Part shown: positions 9,136 to 18,856 of the stretch, in pieces | How positions within the stretch are numbered: the first letter of the stretch is position 1 | Layout of the letters: every line of letters starts with the position of its first letter | From: an uncultured Verrucomicrobiota bacterium | GTDB lineage: Bacteria; Verrucomicrobiota; Verrucomicrobiia; Palsa-1439; CAYGDP01 | Reading direction: 5' to 3' | NCBI GenBank assembly: GCA_964348665.1 | Contig: CAYGDP010000001.1 | Location: 66,767-130,766 of the forward strand | DNA length: 64,000 nt | Translations under genes and position numbers: made by a program | The notes under the pieces: model-generated | What the model was told of the DNA's origin: nothing | What the model saw: only the letters and a program-made list of their open reading frames with translations | Databases searched by the model: none

Positions 9136-9804
9136 TTAAATCGGCACGATGCAGTCGGGAGCGTCGTGTTTGGGCGAGTTGACAGCGCGGCTCACAGGGA
9201 AATATTCCATCGCGTCGGCGGGATACGGCTTCAAGAGCGGCAGCAACGGCTCTGGCTCGGTGATCTTCGGGTCGAGCCACGTCGCTTCCGCTTCGCGCGG
9301 CAGGATGACGGGCATTCGATTGTGGACCGCCTTGAGCAGCTTATTGGCTTCCGTGGTGATGATGGCGCAACTTAAGATTGGGTCGGACTCGGCCGGTTTC
9401 CAGGTTTCCCACAATCCAGCGAACGCAAATGGTTCGCGGGTTTTAAGGACGATGCGAACAGGCTGTTTAACCGCGCCAACTTTCTGCCACTCGTAAAATC
9501 CGTCTGCCAAGATCAGGCACCGGCGTTTTCGCAACGCGGACCGGAACGACGGCTTTTCCGCCACGGTTTCGGCTCGCGCATTGATCAACCGACTGCCGAT
9601 GGTCGGGTCCTTCGCCCAGGACGGGATTAATCCCCACCGCATCCGCTCGACATACCGATGGCCGTCGTCGCTTACCACAATGACATTTTGCGTGGGCACC
9701 ACATTATAGCGGCTAGTCATCGAATCAAATCCCGCCGGCAACTTGATGCCAAACCTTGTTGCCAATGCCTTTTGTTCCACCGTAAGTGTAAATCGGCCGC
9801 ACAT
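9136..9804 (-). CDS. yedK: SOS response-associated peptidase (SRAP/YedK, abasic-site processing protein)
   Basis: Begins MCGRF (catalytic Cys2), contains WGLIPSWAKD and ADGFYEW. 222 aa. Confidence 0.85.
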   Translation of the reverse strand: MCGRFTLTVEQKALATRFGIKLPAGFDSMTSRYNVVPTQNVIVVSDDGHRYVERMRWGLIPSWAKDPTIGSRLINARAETVAEKPSFRSALRKRRCLILADGFYEWQKVGAVKQPVRIVLKTREPFAFAGLWETWKPAESDPILSCAIITTEANKLLKAVHNRMPVILPREAEATWLDPKITEPEPLLPLLKPYPADAMEYFPVSRAVNSPKHDAPDCIVPI

Positions 9805-9850
9805 GGAGACAGTCTCGACGACAGTCGCTCAAATTACTAGCCAGACTGCC

Positions 9851-11374
9851 TCACTTCATCAACGCTATCACATCGTCGTAAAGCGCCCGCGCGCCGAACA
9901 ACGTAAAAGCAATGCCGCAGAGGAGATTTAAGACCACCAGGAGCCAGCCCATCTGGAATGGTTTGGGCAGGAATTTGCGGTCGGCCCAGACCATCGCGAA
10001 ACACCACGGCCCGGCCAAAAATACCCCCGCAATGTGCAAGGGGATCGTCATGATGCTCAATGGTCCCCATTTCGTCGCATACGCAATCCACACCAACGCG
10101 ATGCCCGCCACACCCGTGTAGAGAAGTGTCCACCGACGAAAGACCGATAAATCCAATCCGCGCCATTTCGGCACGGAGGCGCGGATGCACTCGTACGCGG
10201 TGCGGACATAAATCTCATACGCTCCGTACACCGTGCCAGCAATCGCGCACCAGACGCCGAGTTGATAGAGCCACCGCAAGCAAGATTGCACCGTTGGATT
10301 TTGGTGCAATTGCGTCAGGAAAACGACTTGCTGCGTGTACAAATCCATCGCTTTATCCGTTGGAACAATCTTCTTTTCATGAAGCAGCACTGCTCCCAGG
10401 ATGAGAAACGTCATGCAAAAAAAAATCACGCTCCCAAACGAAACGACCACGTCCAGCGTTGGCGCCCGCAACCAGAGGCGACCGCGCCGCACATTCTCTT
10501 CATCGGCCGCGATTGGCGCGTGAGCGTTCACTTCCGTGCGCGCCCCGATCAATCCCCATTTTTTCTCACGCATCATCCCCACGTATCCCACGTAATCTTG
10601 CACCCCGCCGCCAATCACTCCCATATAAGCGACCAGCTCAATCCAAAGCGTTCTCCTTGCGATTTCCGGATATTGCACCTGCACCCATTCCTCGTAACGC
10701 GGCGCCGTTGGCACCACCGCGCCAAGAAAAGCCGCCAGCCAATTCGGTTTTGCTGCCAAGGTCGCGATCACCATCACCAACAGCATCAACAGGACAATCA
10801 CCGTTTGTGCTTTCTCAAAAAATCCATAGCTCTGCGCCAGCGTCAACCCAATAAACAACAAAATGAAGACCGTCGCCCAAACGTGCGGATGCCTGCCGGG
10901 ATCGCCTGTCACGATCCACGCCGTAATCGTGCCGAGCATGATTGGCAACGCCGAGAGAAACATCGGGAAAGTAATGATGACGAACAACCCCGTGAACCCC
11001 GGAAACCAGCCGCGCGGTCCGGGTAATTGTGCCCATCGTTCTGCGGGATGCTCGCCGGTCAGGGTGAAGTACCGCGCTGCCGTATAGACTTGTACGGCCT
11101 TCATCACGATCAAAACGGTGAAGGCCCAAAACAGTGTGTACCCAAAAATTGCGCCGCTCCGGCTCGCCCACACGGTTTCGCCGCTGCCAATGGTCACGCT
11201 GGCGATGATCGCGCCCGGCCCAAAATATTTCAGCGACAACCACCAGCGTGGCCGCTGCAAGTCCGTCGGCGGTTCGGGAAATTGTAGCGGCGCTCTGTGA
11301 GCGCCGATGGATTGGGCGTCGGCGGATTCAGCCATGCGGAAAGGATTTCTAACCGCGAATAGACTTTTCAGCAA
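9851..11374 (-). CDS. Nramp-family divalent metal cation transporter
   Basis: About 11 TMs. FGPGAIIASVTIGSGETVWASRSGAIFGYTLFWAFTVLIV resembles the Nramp consensus (GPGFL...DPGN...G..LLW). Confidence 0.55.
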   Translation of the reverse strand: MLKSLFAVRNPFRMAESADAQSIGAHRAPLQFPEPPTDLQRPRWWLSLKYFGPGAIIASVTIGSGETVWASRSGAIFGYTLFWAFTVLIVMKAVQVYTAARYFTLTGEHPAERWAQLPGPRGWFPGFTGLFVIITFPMFLSALPIMLGTITAWIVTGDPGRHPHVWATVFILLFIGLTLAQSYGFFEKAQTVIVLLMLLVMVIATLAAKPNWLAAFLGAVVPTAPRYEEWVQVQYPEIARRTLWIELVAYMGVIGGGVQDYVGYVGMMREKKWGLIGARTEVNAHAPIAADEENVRRGRLWLRAPTLDVVVSFGSVIFFCMTFLILGAVLLHEKKIVPTDKAMDLYTQQVVFLTQLHQNPTVQSCLRWLYQLGVWCAIAGTVYGAYEIYVRTAYECIRASVPKWRGLDLSVFRRWTLLYTGVAGIALVWIAYATKWGPLSIMTIPLHIAGVFLAGPWCFAMVWADRKFLPKPFQMGWLLVVLNLLCGIAFTLFGARALYDDVIALMK

Positions 11375-11399
11375 GCCTCAAAACAGCCGCGAATGCTTG

Positions 11400-11442
11400 C
11401 CCGCCGTGTCGTGTGGCAGGTTTACCCGCCGTGTCGTGTGGC
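11400..11442. repeat. 18-bp direct repeat x2 (CCCGCCGTGTCGTGTGGC) upstream of the Nramp gene
   Basis: Two identical 18-mers separated by 7 nt, 26-68 nt upstream of the Nramp start on the minus strand. Confidence 0.6.
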
Positions 11443-11804
11443 GGGCTTGCCCATCGTCAGTCAATTGAAGGATATGGCGGACACGCGATAAAGCGATCAC
11501 CTGATTCCTGGACGAAGCAGATTTGCCAGACTTTCCCAAACAAAGCTGGCCGAAACGACTTCAATTGAACAGGTGGATGCCGATCCCCAAATTTCACTTC
11601 CGCCCTCATCATACAACCCGGTCTCACAGGACTCATGTCGGCAGGGGAAAACTTCTTGTATCTTCTATGCCGGCCGCAGCACCGCCCTTTTTAGCAACAC
11701 CACACCTTGCAAGGTGTGGGGTTGAGTTGCCGAATAGTTTTGAAAAAAATGGATCGGTCCGCCGGGTTATTCGCGAACTCGTATCAAATCTCCGATTGGT
11801 CGGA

Positions 11805-12722
11805 TCACTCCTTCAAATACTCCGGCCAATCGTTGCAACCTTGCGGCAGGACTTTTGTGGCCTCCGCCTTCGGGTTGGCCAGGGTGAAAACGATGGCCAG
11901 CGTGAATTTTCCTCGCGGCGCATTCTCACCGGTGTATTGACCGTGCCCCCAGTACTGGCCGCGCGCAACGAGATCGAACCTCGTGAGTTTACCAGCCTTT
12001 GTCTCGACATAGCCGAATAAATCCGCGTCGTATCCGCGGTCGCCTTTGTTCGTCACGAGCGTCATTTGACTTTCCACTCGCAACGCTCCCCGATCCGGCG
12101 CGACTTTTGATTTCGACGCGCGCACTTCGTTCGACTTCCAAAATGGCGGTTCTCCGCGCGTGTTGTCGACTAAATGATACCGGCCGATTCTTCGGGCGAG
12201 ACTTTCCGGGAACTCGCCGCGCGCCAGTCGCGTGATTTCCGGCTGGGTAATCCAGAGATGGTCGCGTCCAGTGGATTCACGAAACATTTTGCCAAAACGC
12301 TCATCCCATTGGTCTCGATACGGCGGCCAGTCAGCCTGCGTGATTTTCGAGAAAACATCCACCACGACCGCGCCCGGCGGTAGGGTGCCGACAAATCGTC
12401 GGTCTTTCTCGCGTTTGAGGGTTTCCACTTGTGATGGTGACCGATAGGAAGCGAGCGATTGCTTGAGCAATCGTTTGACCTTGTCGGGATCGCGATTGTT
12501 CCAGCCTTCCACCATCTTGCCGTCGGGCGAAAAAATATAGAACCCCTGATGCGCGTTGCCCTTCTTCACGTCCGCCCGTTGAAACACCACTTTCCGATAA
12601 AATTCGCTCTCGTCATCTTTCAGCCATCCGTGATGCGATGCATTGGCGACAACGGGAACGTATTTGGTTTGAAGAAGCGCGATGATTTCGTCGTCGGCAA
12701 ACGTGGACGCACGGTCCAGCAC
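11805..12722 (-). CDS. hypothetical protein, in frame with the upstream 86-aa signal-peptide ORF across a single TGA
   Basis: GTG start only 9 nt downstream of an in-frame TGA that terminates the 12732..12992 ORF. No recognisable family. Confidence 0.4.
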   Translation of the reverse strand: MLDRASTFADDEIIALLQTKYVPVVANASHHGWLKDDESEFYRKVVFQRADVKKGNAHQGFYIFSPDGKMVEGWNNRDPDKVKRLLKQSLASYRSPSQVETLKREKDRRFVGTLPPGAVVVDVFSKITQADWPPYRDQWDERFGKMFRESTGRDHLWITQPEITRLARGEFPESLARRIGRYHLVDNTRGEPPFWKSNEVRASKSKVAPDRGALRVESQMTLVTNKGDRGYDADLFGYVETKAGKLTRFDLVARGQYWGHGQYTGENAPRGKFTLAIVFTLANPKAEATKVLPQGCNDWPEYLKE

Positions 12723-12731
12723 GCCGTTGTT

Positions 12732-12992
12732 TCAGGTGCATCCGAGAGGGTTTCCGTTCATGCTCCACATGAACAACGGTTTGCCTTCTTTCGCCGACCG
12801 GTCGCGCGCCGCCAACAAATCCGTCATCCAGGGAATCGTCTGCCATTTCTCGACTACTGGCGGGCGCACCGAATCAAAAAGTCTTTGAAATTCCGCCGGT
12901 GAAATTTCCCCGGCGCTCGCGCAGACCGAAAACATGGCGCACGTAAGGACGGCTTTGATCTCCCGTTTCATCGTCATGAACCTACCATACAC
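12732..12992 (-). CDS. signal-peptide-bearing N-terminal ORF ending ...GNPLGCT-TGA (possible selenoprotein N-terminus or pseudogene fragment)
   Basis: Signal peptide MKREIKAVLTCAMFSVCASA. Ends with Cys-Thr then TGA, in the same frame as the downstream 305-aa ORF. Confidence 0.35.
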   Translation of the reverse strand: MYGRFMTMKREIKAVLTCAMFSVCASAGEISPAEFQRLFDSVRPPVVEKWQTIPWMTDLLAARDRSAKEGKPLFMWSMNGNPLGCT

Positions 12993-13013
12993 GGCAAAAA
13001 ATCCAATGGGATA

Positions 13014-14168
13014 TTAGCTCGGCGGCGGCCAGTTTTTTAGAAAACCCGTTAGATCGGCAATGCTCGGGCTTTTGGCGTTGCGAACATAGAAGCCGCTGGT
13101 GGCAACGCCGAGCAGCAACGAAATGTCTTTTTCCAAACCCAACAACGCGCCAAGACAGTAACCCGCGTTGAAATTGTCACCCGCGCCCGTGGAGAGTTTC
13201 GGCGTAGCGGTAAAGGGACCGTCCACATGGGCGGTGGTAGCTTGAGCTGATCCCGTCGAAGCTTCGGCGGCGACAGCAAATCGAGTTGGATGAATGACGA
13301 CTTGCGCGGTGCCGACCTTGGCGCGCAGCGTGGCGGCGCGCTGCTGGAGACCGTCGGGACTTGATGCGCCCGCCTCGACCCCGAGGGACTCGCAAATCTC
13401 TCCCGATTCTTTTTCGTTCAGACCGAGAATGACGCGGAAATGGCGCGAGAATTGTCCGATGAGCTGCATGGCTTCGCGGATGTCATCGGCCGTCCGCTTT
13501 TCAGGATCGGCAAGGTCGAAAAACATCAGGCGTCCGGGATTCGGAACGAGTTTCGGGCAAACATCCGCGAGCAGATGTTTCCAGACATCGGACAAATGCG
13601 GGAGCATCGTCCAGTTGAGAAAACCGACGAGGGCAGCGTCGTCGATCAGTTTCACCAAATCCTCGCGCGAGACGGCGCGGATGAGATTGTCCCAGGTCAC
13701 ATCACGCAGGCTTTGGTGTTTGCCGAGCATCACTTTGCCGTCGCCAAATTCCAGCGCATCGGTGTGACCCGGATTGGCGATGGAGATGACGTGGGCGATC
13801 TTGGCAAAATCGGCGAAAACGGGATGAATCTGCGGATGACCGAGATTACCGAGGTAGGTCAGAGGCAAACCGAAACTACATAGCGCGTTGGCCATGTTCG
13901 GGCCGTTCCCGCCGAGCTTTACCTGGGTGGTCACCAATTCAAAATTCGAGCTTTTTCCGGCGGCCTGGGCGAGTTTCTCCGCCAACCGCGCGATGGTCGG
14001 CACGCGGCTGAATTGCGTCGGCGACTCGCGCTTGTCCACCACAGCGAGGATTTCATCCACGAACCCGTCTAGACCGAGCACGACCCGGAGTGCGTTGACT
14101 TTCGACGATGCACTGGCAAGCGCCTCCGCGGCGCGCGGGGCGAGTCGTTTGGTATCGGCCGTTGGCAA
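13014..14168 (-). CDS. PfkB-family carbohydrate/nucleoside kinase
   Basis: N-terminal VVLGLDGFVDEIL, C-terminal GAGDNFNAG (PfkB signature 2). The track ORF extends to 14351 with an implausible N-terminus. The start is likely a TTG near 14168, preceded by a GGAAAGAG ribosome-binding site. Confidence 0.6.
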   Translation of the reverse strand: MPTADTKRLAPRAAEALASASSKVNALRVVLGLDGFVDEILAVVDKRESPTQFSRVPTIARLAEKLAQAAGKSSNFELVTTQVKLGGNGPNMANALCSFGLPLTYLGNLGHPQIHPVFADFAKIAHVISIANPGHTDALEFGDGKVMLGKHQSLRDVTWDNLIRAVSREDLVKLIDDAALVGFLNWTMLPHLSDVWKHLLADVCPKLVPNPGRLMFFDLADPEKRTADDIREAMQLIGQFSRHFRVILGLNEKESGEICESLGVEAGASSPDGLQQRAATLRAKVGTAQVVIHPTRFAVAAEASTGSAQATTAHVDGPFTATPKLSTGAGDNFNAGYCLGALLGLEKDISLLLGVATSGFYVRNAKSPSIADLTGFLKNWPPPS

Positions 14169-14262
14169 CGAATTCTCCTTTCGGGCGCGGAGAGTAACAG
14201 AAACCGCTTTCCTCTTGCAATGGCTTTGCCGTCCGGCGAAAAACTGTATCGCAAAAGCAATT

Positions 14263-15363
14263 TCAGTATTTTTTCCAGATGAACCAGCAAACCAATCCCG
14301 TCGCCGCTCCGCCGAGGTGCGCCAAGGCGGAGACGTTCGTAAATCCGGCAATCTGATACAAGACGCCGATGGATTGCGTTACAATCCAAAACCCGACCCA
14401 CCACGTCACAGGGATGCTGATCCATCGCCACTTTATAAAAATTCGCCGGAAAAATCCCAATTCAGCATCGGGAAATTGCAAGGCGTAGAAGATGATGATG
14501 CCAGAAATCCCGCCACTGGCGCCGACACAGGGAATATCGGATCGCGGCTCAAAAACGATATGAGCGATATCTCCCACCAGCGCTGCGCCGAACAACAGCA
14601 GGAGAAATCGAAATTTGCCGAGATAATCTTCCACGTTATCAGCGAAGATGAGATAGAAATAGAGATTTCCGAGGAGATGGGCGATGCCGCCGTGCAAAAA
14701 GAACGACGTTAGAAATGTCAGGCCGTTGTGACGCCAGAGTTGGGAAGGGATCAAGCCATATTCCTTGCTCGCAGCTCCCCAAGTCGCATACATCCAAACT
14801 GTGCCCGCGACCATTCCCGCCCCGAGAAGCCATGTCATCCACGGAACTCGTTGTAAAGGGTTATCGTGTTCGATGGGCAAGCCAAGAAACGCAAGCCCCT
14901 GTTTCCAGGCGGAATCGGGCGGATCATCGTCCCACCGGGTCGCAGGATTGTTTGCAATCTCTTTCGCGTGCTCTTCCAGTTGCCGGGAAAATTCACGTGC
15001 CTGCACAGCTCGATCCCGTAAAAATGTTTCATCCGCCACTGGCGCGGGCTGTTCGCGCAGTTGCTCAAATTCACTTGGATCAAACCAAACAAATTTGCAA
15101 CTGCAACAGACATCCAGTTTCGGTTGCCCGGCTCGGGCTGGAGTTTCCTTCATCGGTTTTTGGCAGGCCGGACACGCGAACCGCGAAACCGTTGTCGACT
15201 TTTGGGCGGACTGGCGCAGTTCATTATCCCACTCCTTCGAAATGACCTTCTCCAAAAGCCCCATCCCCACCGCGCGCCCTTTGCATTGCGCGCACACCCA
15301 CATGATACCGTTCTTATTGAACGATCGGGTCAGGGAACAATGGCAATTCGGACAAAAGAACAT
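14263..15363 (-). CDS. rhomboid-family intramembrane serine protease with N-terminal zinc-ribbon domains
   Basis: CPNCHC...CAQC and CPACQ...CCSC zinc ribbons. The C-terminal polytopic core has GASGGISG (GxSG) and AHLGG (catalytic His). Confidence 0.7.
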   Translation of the reverse strand: MFFCPNCHCSLTRSFNKNGIMWVCAQCKGRAVGMGLLEKVISKEWDNELRQSAQKSTTVSRFACPACQKPMKETPARAGQPKLDVCCSCKFVWFDPSEFEQLREQPAPVADETFLRDRAVQAREFSRQLEEHAKEIANNPATRWDDDPPDSAWKQGLAFLGLPIEHDNPLQRVPWMTWLLGAGMVAGTVWMYATWGAASKEYGLIPSQLWRHNGLTFLTSFFLHGGIAHLLGNLYFYLIFADNVEDYLGKFRFLLLLFGAALVGDIAHIVFEPRSDIPCVGASGGISGIIIFYALQFPDAELGFFRRIFIKWRWISIPVTWWVGFWIVTQSIGVLYQIAGFTNVSALAHLGGAATGLVCWFIWKKY

Positions 15364-15369
15364 GCCTCC

Positions 15370-16980
15370 TTATTTCCCTTCGCCGATCGAGTCGCGCGTC
15401 CAATGACCATTGACCTGTCGCAATAGCTTTATAGGATTGGCGTTTTGCAACGCTACCGGGAGCATTTGGTCGGGCGTGTTTTGGTAACAGACCGGACGCG
15501 CAAAACGTCGAACGGCGGACGCGCCTACCGACGTGAACCCCGCGAACGTCGTCGCGGGATACGGTCCGCCATGCACCATCGCGGCGCAAACTTCCACGCC
15601 CGTGGGAAATCCATCGAAAATCACCCGACCCGCGTAGTCAACAAGTGCATTCACCAATCGGCGGACATCATCCGGATTGTCGGAAGCCCCCGTGTGGATC
15701 GCGCCGGTCAGATTACCTAGGGTTGCCGAAATTGTCGCGTGGACATCAGCTAAATCTTTGCAGCGCACGACGATGACCGATGGACCGAATGCCTCTTCTT
15801 GCAACCACGGCTCGGCGCGCCAAGTGGTAGCAGCGACTTCCAACAACATCGGTGTGATCGACGCGTAAGCCGAAGGTTGCGCGGCCAGATGAACTTTTAC
15901 ACCGCGCACATTTGCCATCCGCCCAGTCGTCTCACAAAACGTGCGTTGCATTTCTTGCGCCAACATCGGCGCGGGTGCCACTGCCGAAAGTTGCTGTTTC
16001 AATTGTCCGATCAATGTGTCCACCGGTGAATCTTCCAAAACCAACGCCATCGCCGGTTTGGTGCAGAACTGACCCACCCCCATCGTGACCGATTGCGCCA
16101 GGCCCGTGGCGATTTTTTCACTTCGCTCCACCATCGCCCCCGGCAAAATCACAAGCGGATTTAAACTGCCCATCTCGGCATACACAGGAATCGGCCATTC
16201 GCGCGCTGCAGCTAGGTCGAAGAGAGAGCGCCCCGCGCGTTCCGAACCTGTAAAACCAACGGCAGCGGTAGCAGGGTGTTTTACCAAAGCGGCGCCAAGC
16301 TCGTGACCGCTGCCATAGAGTACATTGACCAAGCCGAGCGGCATCCGCGTGTCTTGCAATGCAGCCAGCGCAGCGGCCGCAAACAGCTCGCTCGTCGCAG
16401 GATGATTCGAGTGCGCCTTGACGACAACGGGGTTGCCCGCGGCCAGCGCGCTCGCTGTGTCTCCCCCGCAAACACCGAACGCGAACGGGAAATTGCTCGG
16501 CCCAAAAACGACGACTGGACCGATCGGACGCAACATTCGTCGGACGTCGGGTTTGGGAATCGGCTGCCGTTGCGCGTCCGCCGTGTCGATTGTTGCATCC
16601 ACCCACGAACCTTCGCGGACCAGATCGGCAAACATCTTGAGCTGGCTGCAAGTGCGCGTCCGCTCACCGGTCATTCGCGCCAGGGGCAGACCCGTCTCGG
16701 CGTTGCCCGTTTGCAACAGCACATCACCCAAATCCTGAATCCGCTGCGCAATCGCTTCGAGCAGTTCCGCCCACCGTGTCGGCGGCATATTGCGACTCGC
16801 TTGAAACGATTCGCTCGCCGCCCGCAAGGCGGCATCCATTTCTGCGTCGCCGGCCATTGGATACGGCGGCTCCAGAGCGGTTCCCGTGGCGGGATTCACA
16901 CCGCGGAAAGTTTTGGTATTCGCCGCGACCCATTCGCCGCCAATCAGATGTTTTCCCGCGAGTGTATGGGTAATCGCCAC
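15370..16980 (-). CDS. NAD(P)-dependent aldehyde dehydrogenase (2,5-dioxovalerate/semialdehyde dehydrogenase-like)
   Basis: 536 aa with an ALDH-family layout: VGFTGSERAGR, EMGSLNP (catalytic Glu region), GQFCTKPAMALV (catalytic Cys). Confidence 0.75.
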   Translation of the reverse strand: MAITHTLAGKHLIGGEWVAANTKTFRGVNPATGTALEPPYPMAGDAEMDAALRAASESFQASRNMPPTRWAELLEAIAQRIQDLGDVLLQTGNAETGLPLARMTGERTRTCSQLKMFADLVREGSWVDATIDTADAQRQPIPKPDVRRMLRPIGPVVVFGPSNFPFAFGVCGGDTASALAAGNPVVVKAHSNHPATSELFAAAALAALQDTRMPLGLVNVLYGSGHELGAALVKHPATAAVGFTGSERAGRSLFDLAAAREWPIPVYAEMGSLNPLVILPGAMVERSEKIATGLAQSVTMGVGQFCTKPAMALVLEDSPVDTLIGQLKQQLSAVAPAPMLAQEMQRTFCETTGRMANVRGVKVHLAAQPSAYASITPMLLEVAATTWRAEPWLQEEAFGPSVIVVRCKDLADVHATISATLGNLTGAIHTGASDNPDDVRRLVNALVDYAGRVIFDGFPTGVEVCAAMVHGGPYPATTFAGFTSVGASAVRRFARPVCYQNTPDQMLPVALQNANPIKLLRQVNGHWTRDSIGEGK

Positions 16981-17066
16981 ACCGACAGAATAGTGAAAAA
17001 CCTCGAAAAATTGAAGCTGGAATCACGAAGGCAATACAATCCCTCCGCAACGCAGGATCAATACTG

Positions 17067-17798
17067 TCACCATCCACAAGCGGTACGCCGCCATTCGTAG
17101 CGCTGGCCTCGGTTCCATTGGTACGCGATCGGCTCGACTTCATAGCCGATTTCCGGCTGGACGTTCTTGTCATGAAAAAATTCCCAATAACAAGCCGGCG
17201 GTATTTCTATGAGTCGCGTGCGCCACGCCGATTCGTCACGCTCGATCTGGACGATATTAACCGATCCATCGGGACTGACAGAGATGCCGCGAGGTTTGTA
17301 TTGGAGGAATCTCGCCGCTTCGTCGAGCGTCGCAAACGCGGAATCCGGCGGCAGGCGAGTTGCTGTTTGCGGATGGAGCGATACCCAGGCTTGTCCACCG
17401 AGGCTGTCCACCAACAACTCGCTCGACCCATTCACACCCAAACACGCCATCGTTGCATTGTGAAACTGATAGTCGGTCAGCCAGTTTCCCGCCACGGTCA
17501 TCAGGGCACTGTCGCAATCGCTCCGCGCAAACCAGATTCCTTCGATGTCCCGAAACCGCGCATAGAGCCGGTACCCGATATGCCAGTAACTTACGCCGAC
17601 CAATGCCGGCAGTGGTTTGGGGCGCATCACACCCACGCGCGACATCACCACGCCCCAAAATGCGATGCCCTTGTGTGTGATCGGTTCCAACGGTGGCGGC
17701 AATATCCGCCGCGCCTCGTCCACCGGCGTGTGATAAATAAACTGCCAGCACCGGTCCAACCGCCCCACCATCGTCAATGGATTTTTCGCGATCATGGG
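17067..17798 (-). CDS. DUF2071 (COG2071)-like protein
   Basis: WQFIYHTPVDEARRIL, comparable to the DUF2071 N-terminal W..V.F.HW.VDP..L motif. Start taken at MIAKNPL. Confidence 0.4.
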   Translation of the reverse strand, partial: PMIAKNPLTMVGRLDRCWQFIYHTPVDEARRILPPPLEPITHKGIAFWGVVMSRVGVMRPKPLPALVGVSYWHIGYRLYARFRDIEGIWFARSDCDSALMTVAGNWLTDYQFHNATMACLGVNGSSELLVDSLGGQAWVSLHPQTATRLPPDSAFATLDEAARFLQYKPRGISVSPDGSVNIVQIERDESAWRTRLIEIPPACYWEFFHDKNVQPEIGYEVEPIAYQWNRGQRYEWRRTACGW

Positions 17799-18856
17799 AT
17801 ACCTCCTTTGAGTTGATTCGGTTTTCCAATCCAAACGTCGTGTACCCCTGGCGAATAATTCACACCGGCAACCCTTGCGTTTTTCATCCAAGGCCACTCC
17901 TGGAGCAGACTGGCGTCGTTGATCTCGATTTCAATCGGCGTCTGCTGCCACGGCGCGTGCCAGATGCGAAAAAACCGGCGTGCGCCATTGCGCTCCGTAA
18001 ACGCCGTGTATCGTTCCAACAGAAATTCGTCGAGGCTTGCAGTATGGCTAGATTGTAGCGGCGCTCTAGGAGCGCCAATTTCTTGTGCGCGAAATTTTAA
18101 CATGGGATTTATTTTTGGCCGACTGCTCGCAGTCGGCGTTGGGATTCCGCCGTTCTTTGGAGTGCGCCAGCTTGCTGGCGCTTTGGGTGGTGGCAGCTCG
18201 CTGCCACGGGGGAAGTTTTTCAGCGAAGCAAGCTTCACCGTCGAAAGCGGGAGCAAGCTCCCGCACTCCAAAGCGATTGCATCGCCGGAGATTTTTCTTT
18301 TCTGGTAATCAATCTGCCCCGCCCGATACGGAAACCCGTACATCCTCGGACCGAAAAATGGCGCGAGCCGGTTGTTCACCCACTCGGCAAGAAAATAAAT
18401 GCCGACTTCGTTTCCATGGCGAACATAGGTCCGAAAATTCAGAAACTCATGATTCGCCGCCAGCGCCCCCATCCAAGTCGTCAGGGATGGCACAGCTGCA
18501 AATCGCAATCGTTGTTGAGAAAACGCCACGAGACTTACAAAGGCGTGTCCACTGTGTAAATCCAATTCAAACGGCACGTCGCTTTGCAATGCCGCCGGGT
18601 CCACTTCGAAATGGATGAACACGACATTGCGCCAATCGGCCAAAAACAACGGACGCCGTTCGGTCACCAGAAACCGCTCGCGGGCAGAATTTGATGCAGC
18701 TGCAAATGACCGCGGATGAACGCTAAATTCTTGTGTTTGGAGTTCAAGCTTTTGCTTGAAAACGTTATCATCGATCACGCTAAAGCGTGAACTCCGAACA
18801 TTTTCATTCGCGTCTATTTGCGTCCATTCGCGGTTTATCAGGTTTTTTGTCTTCAT
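17792..18856 (-). CDS. DUF2071 (COG2071)-like protein, tandem paralog
   Basis: WRNVVFIHFEVDPAALQ motif. Start taken at MKTKNL. Overlaps the adjacent DCC gene by about 50 nt. Confidence 0.4.
   Translation of the reverse strand: MKTKNLINREWTQIDANENVRSSRFSVIDDNVFKQKLELQTQEFSVHPRSFAAASNSARERFLVTERRPLFLADWRNVVFIHFEVDPAALQSDVPFELDLHSGHAFVSLVAFSQQRLRFAAVPSLTTWMGALAANHEFLNFRTYVRHGNEVGIYFLAEWVNNRLAPFFGPRMYGFPYRAGQIDYQKRKISGDAIALECGSLLPLSTVKLASLKNFPRGSELPPPKAPASWRTPKNGGIPTPTASSRPKINPMLKFRAQEIGAPRAPLQSSHTASLDEFLLERYTAFTERNGARRFFRIWHAPWQQTPIEIEINDASLLQEWPWMKNARVAGVNYSPGVHDVWIGKPNQLKGGIP

Noticed and set aside
10262-11026. 254-aa plus-strand ORF antisense to the Nramp gene
   Set aside because: Highly basic, low-complexity translation. 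The transporter frame on the minus strand has coherent TM-helix periodicity.
15445-16738. Several 60-270-aa antisense or alternative-frame ORFs inside the aldehyde dehydrogenase gene
   Set aside because: The ALDH reading frame is unambiguous. High GC generates long spurious ORFs.
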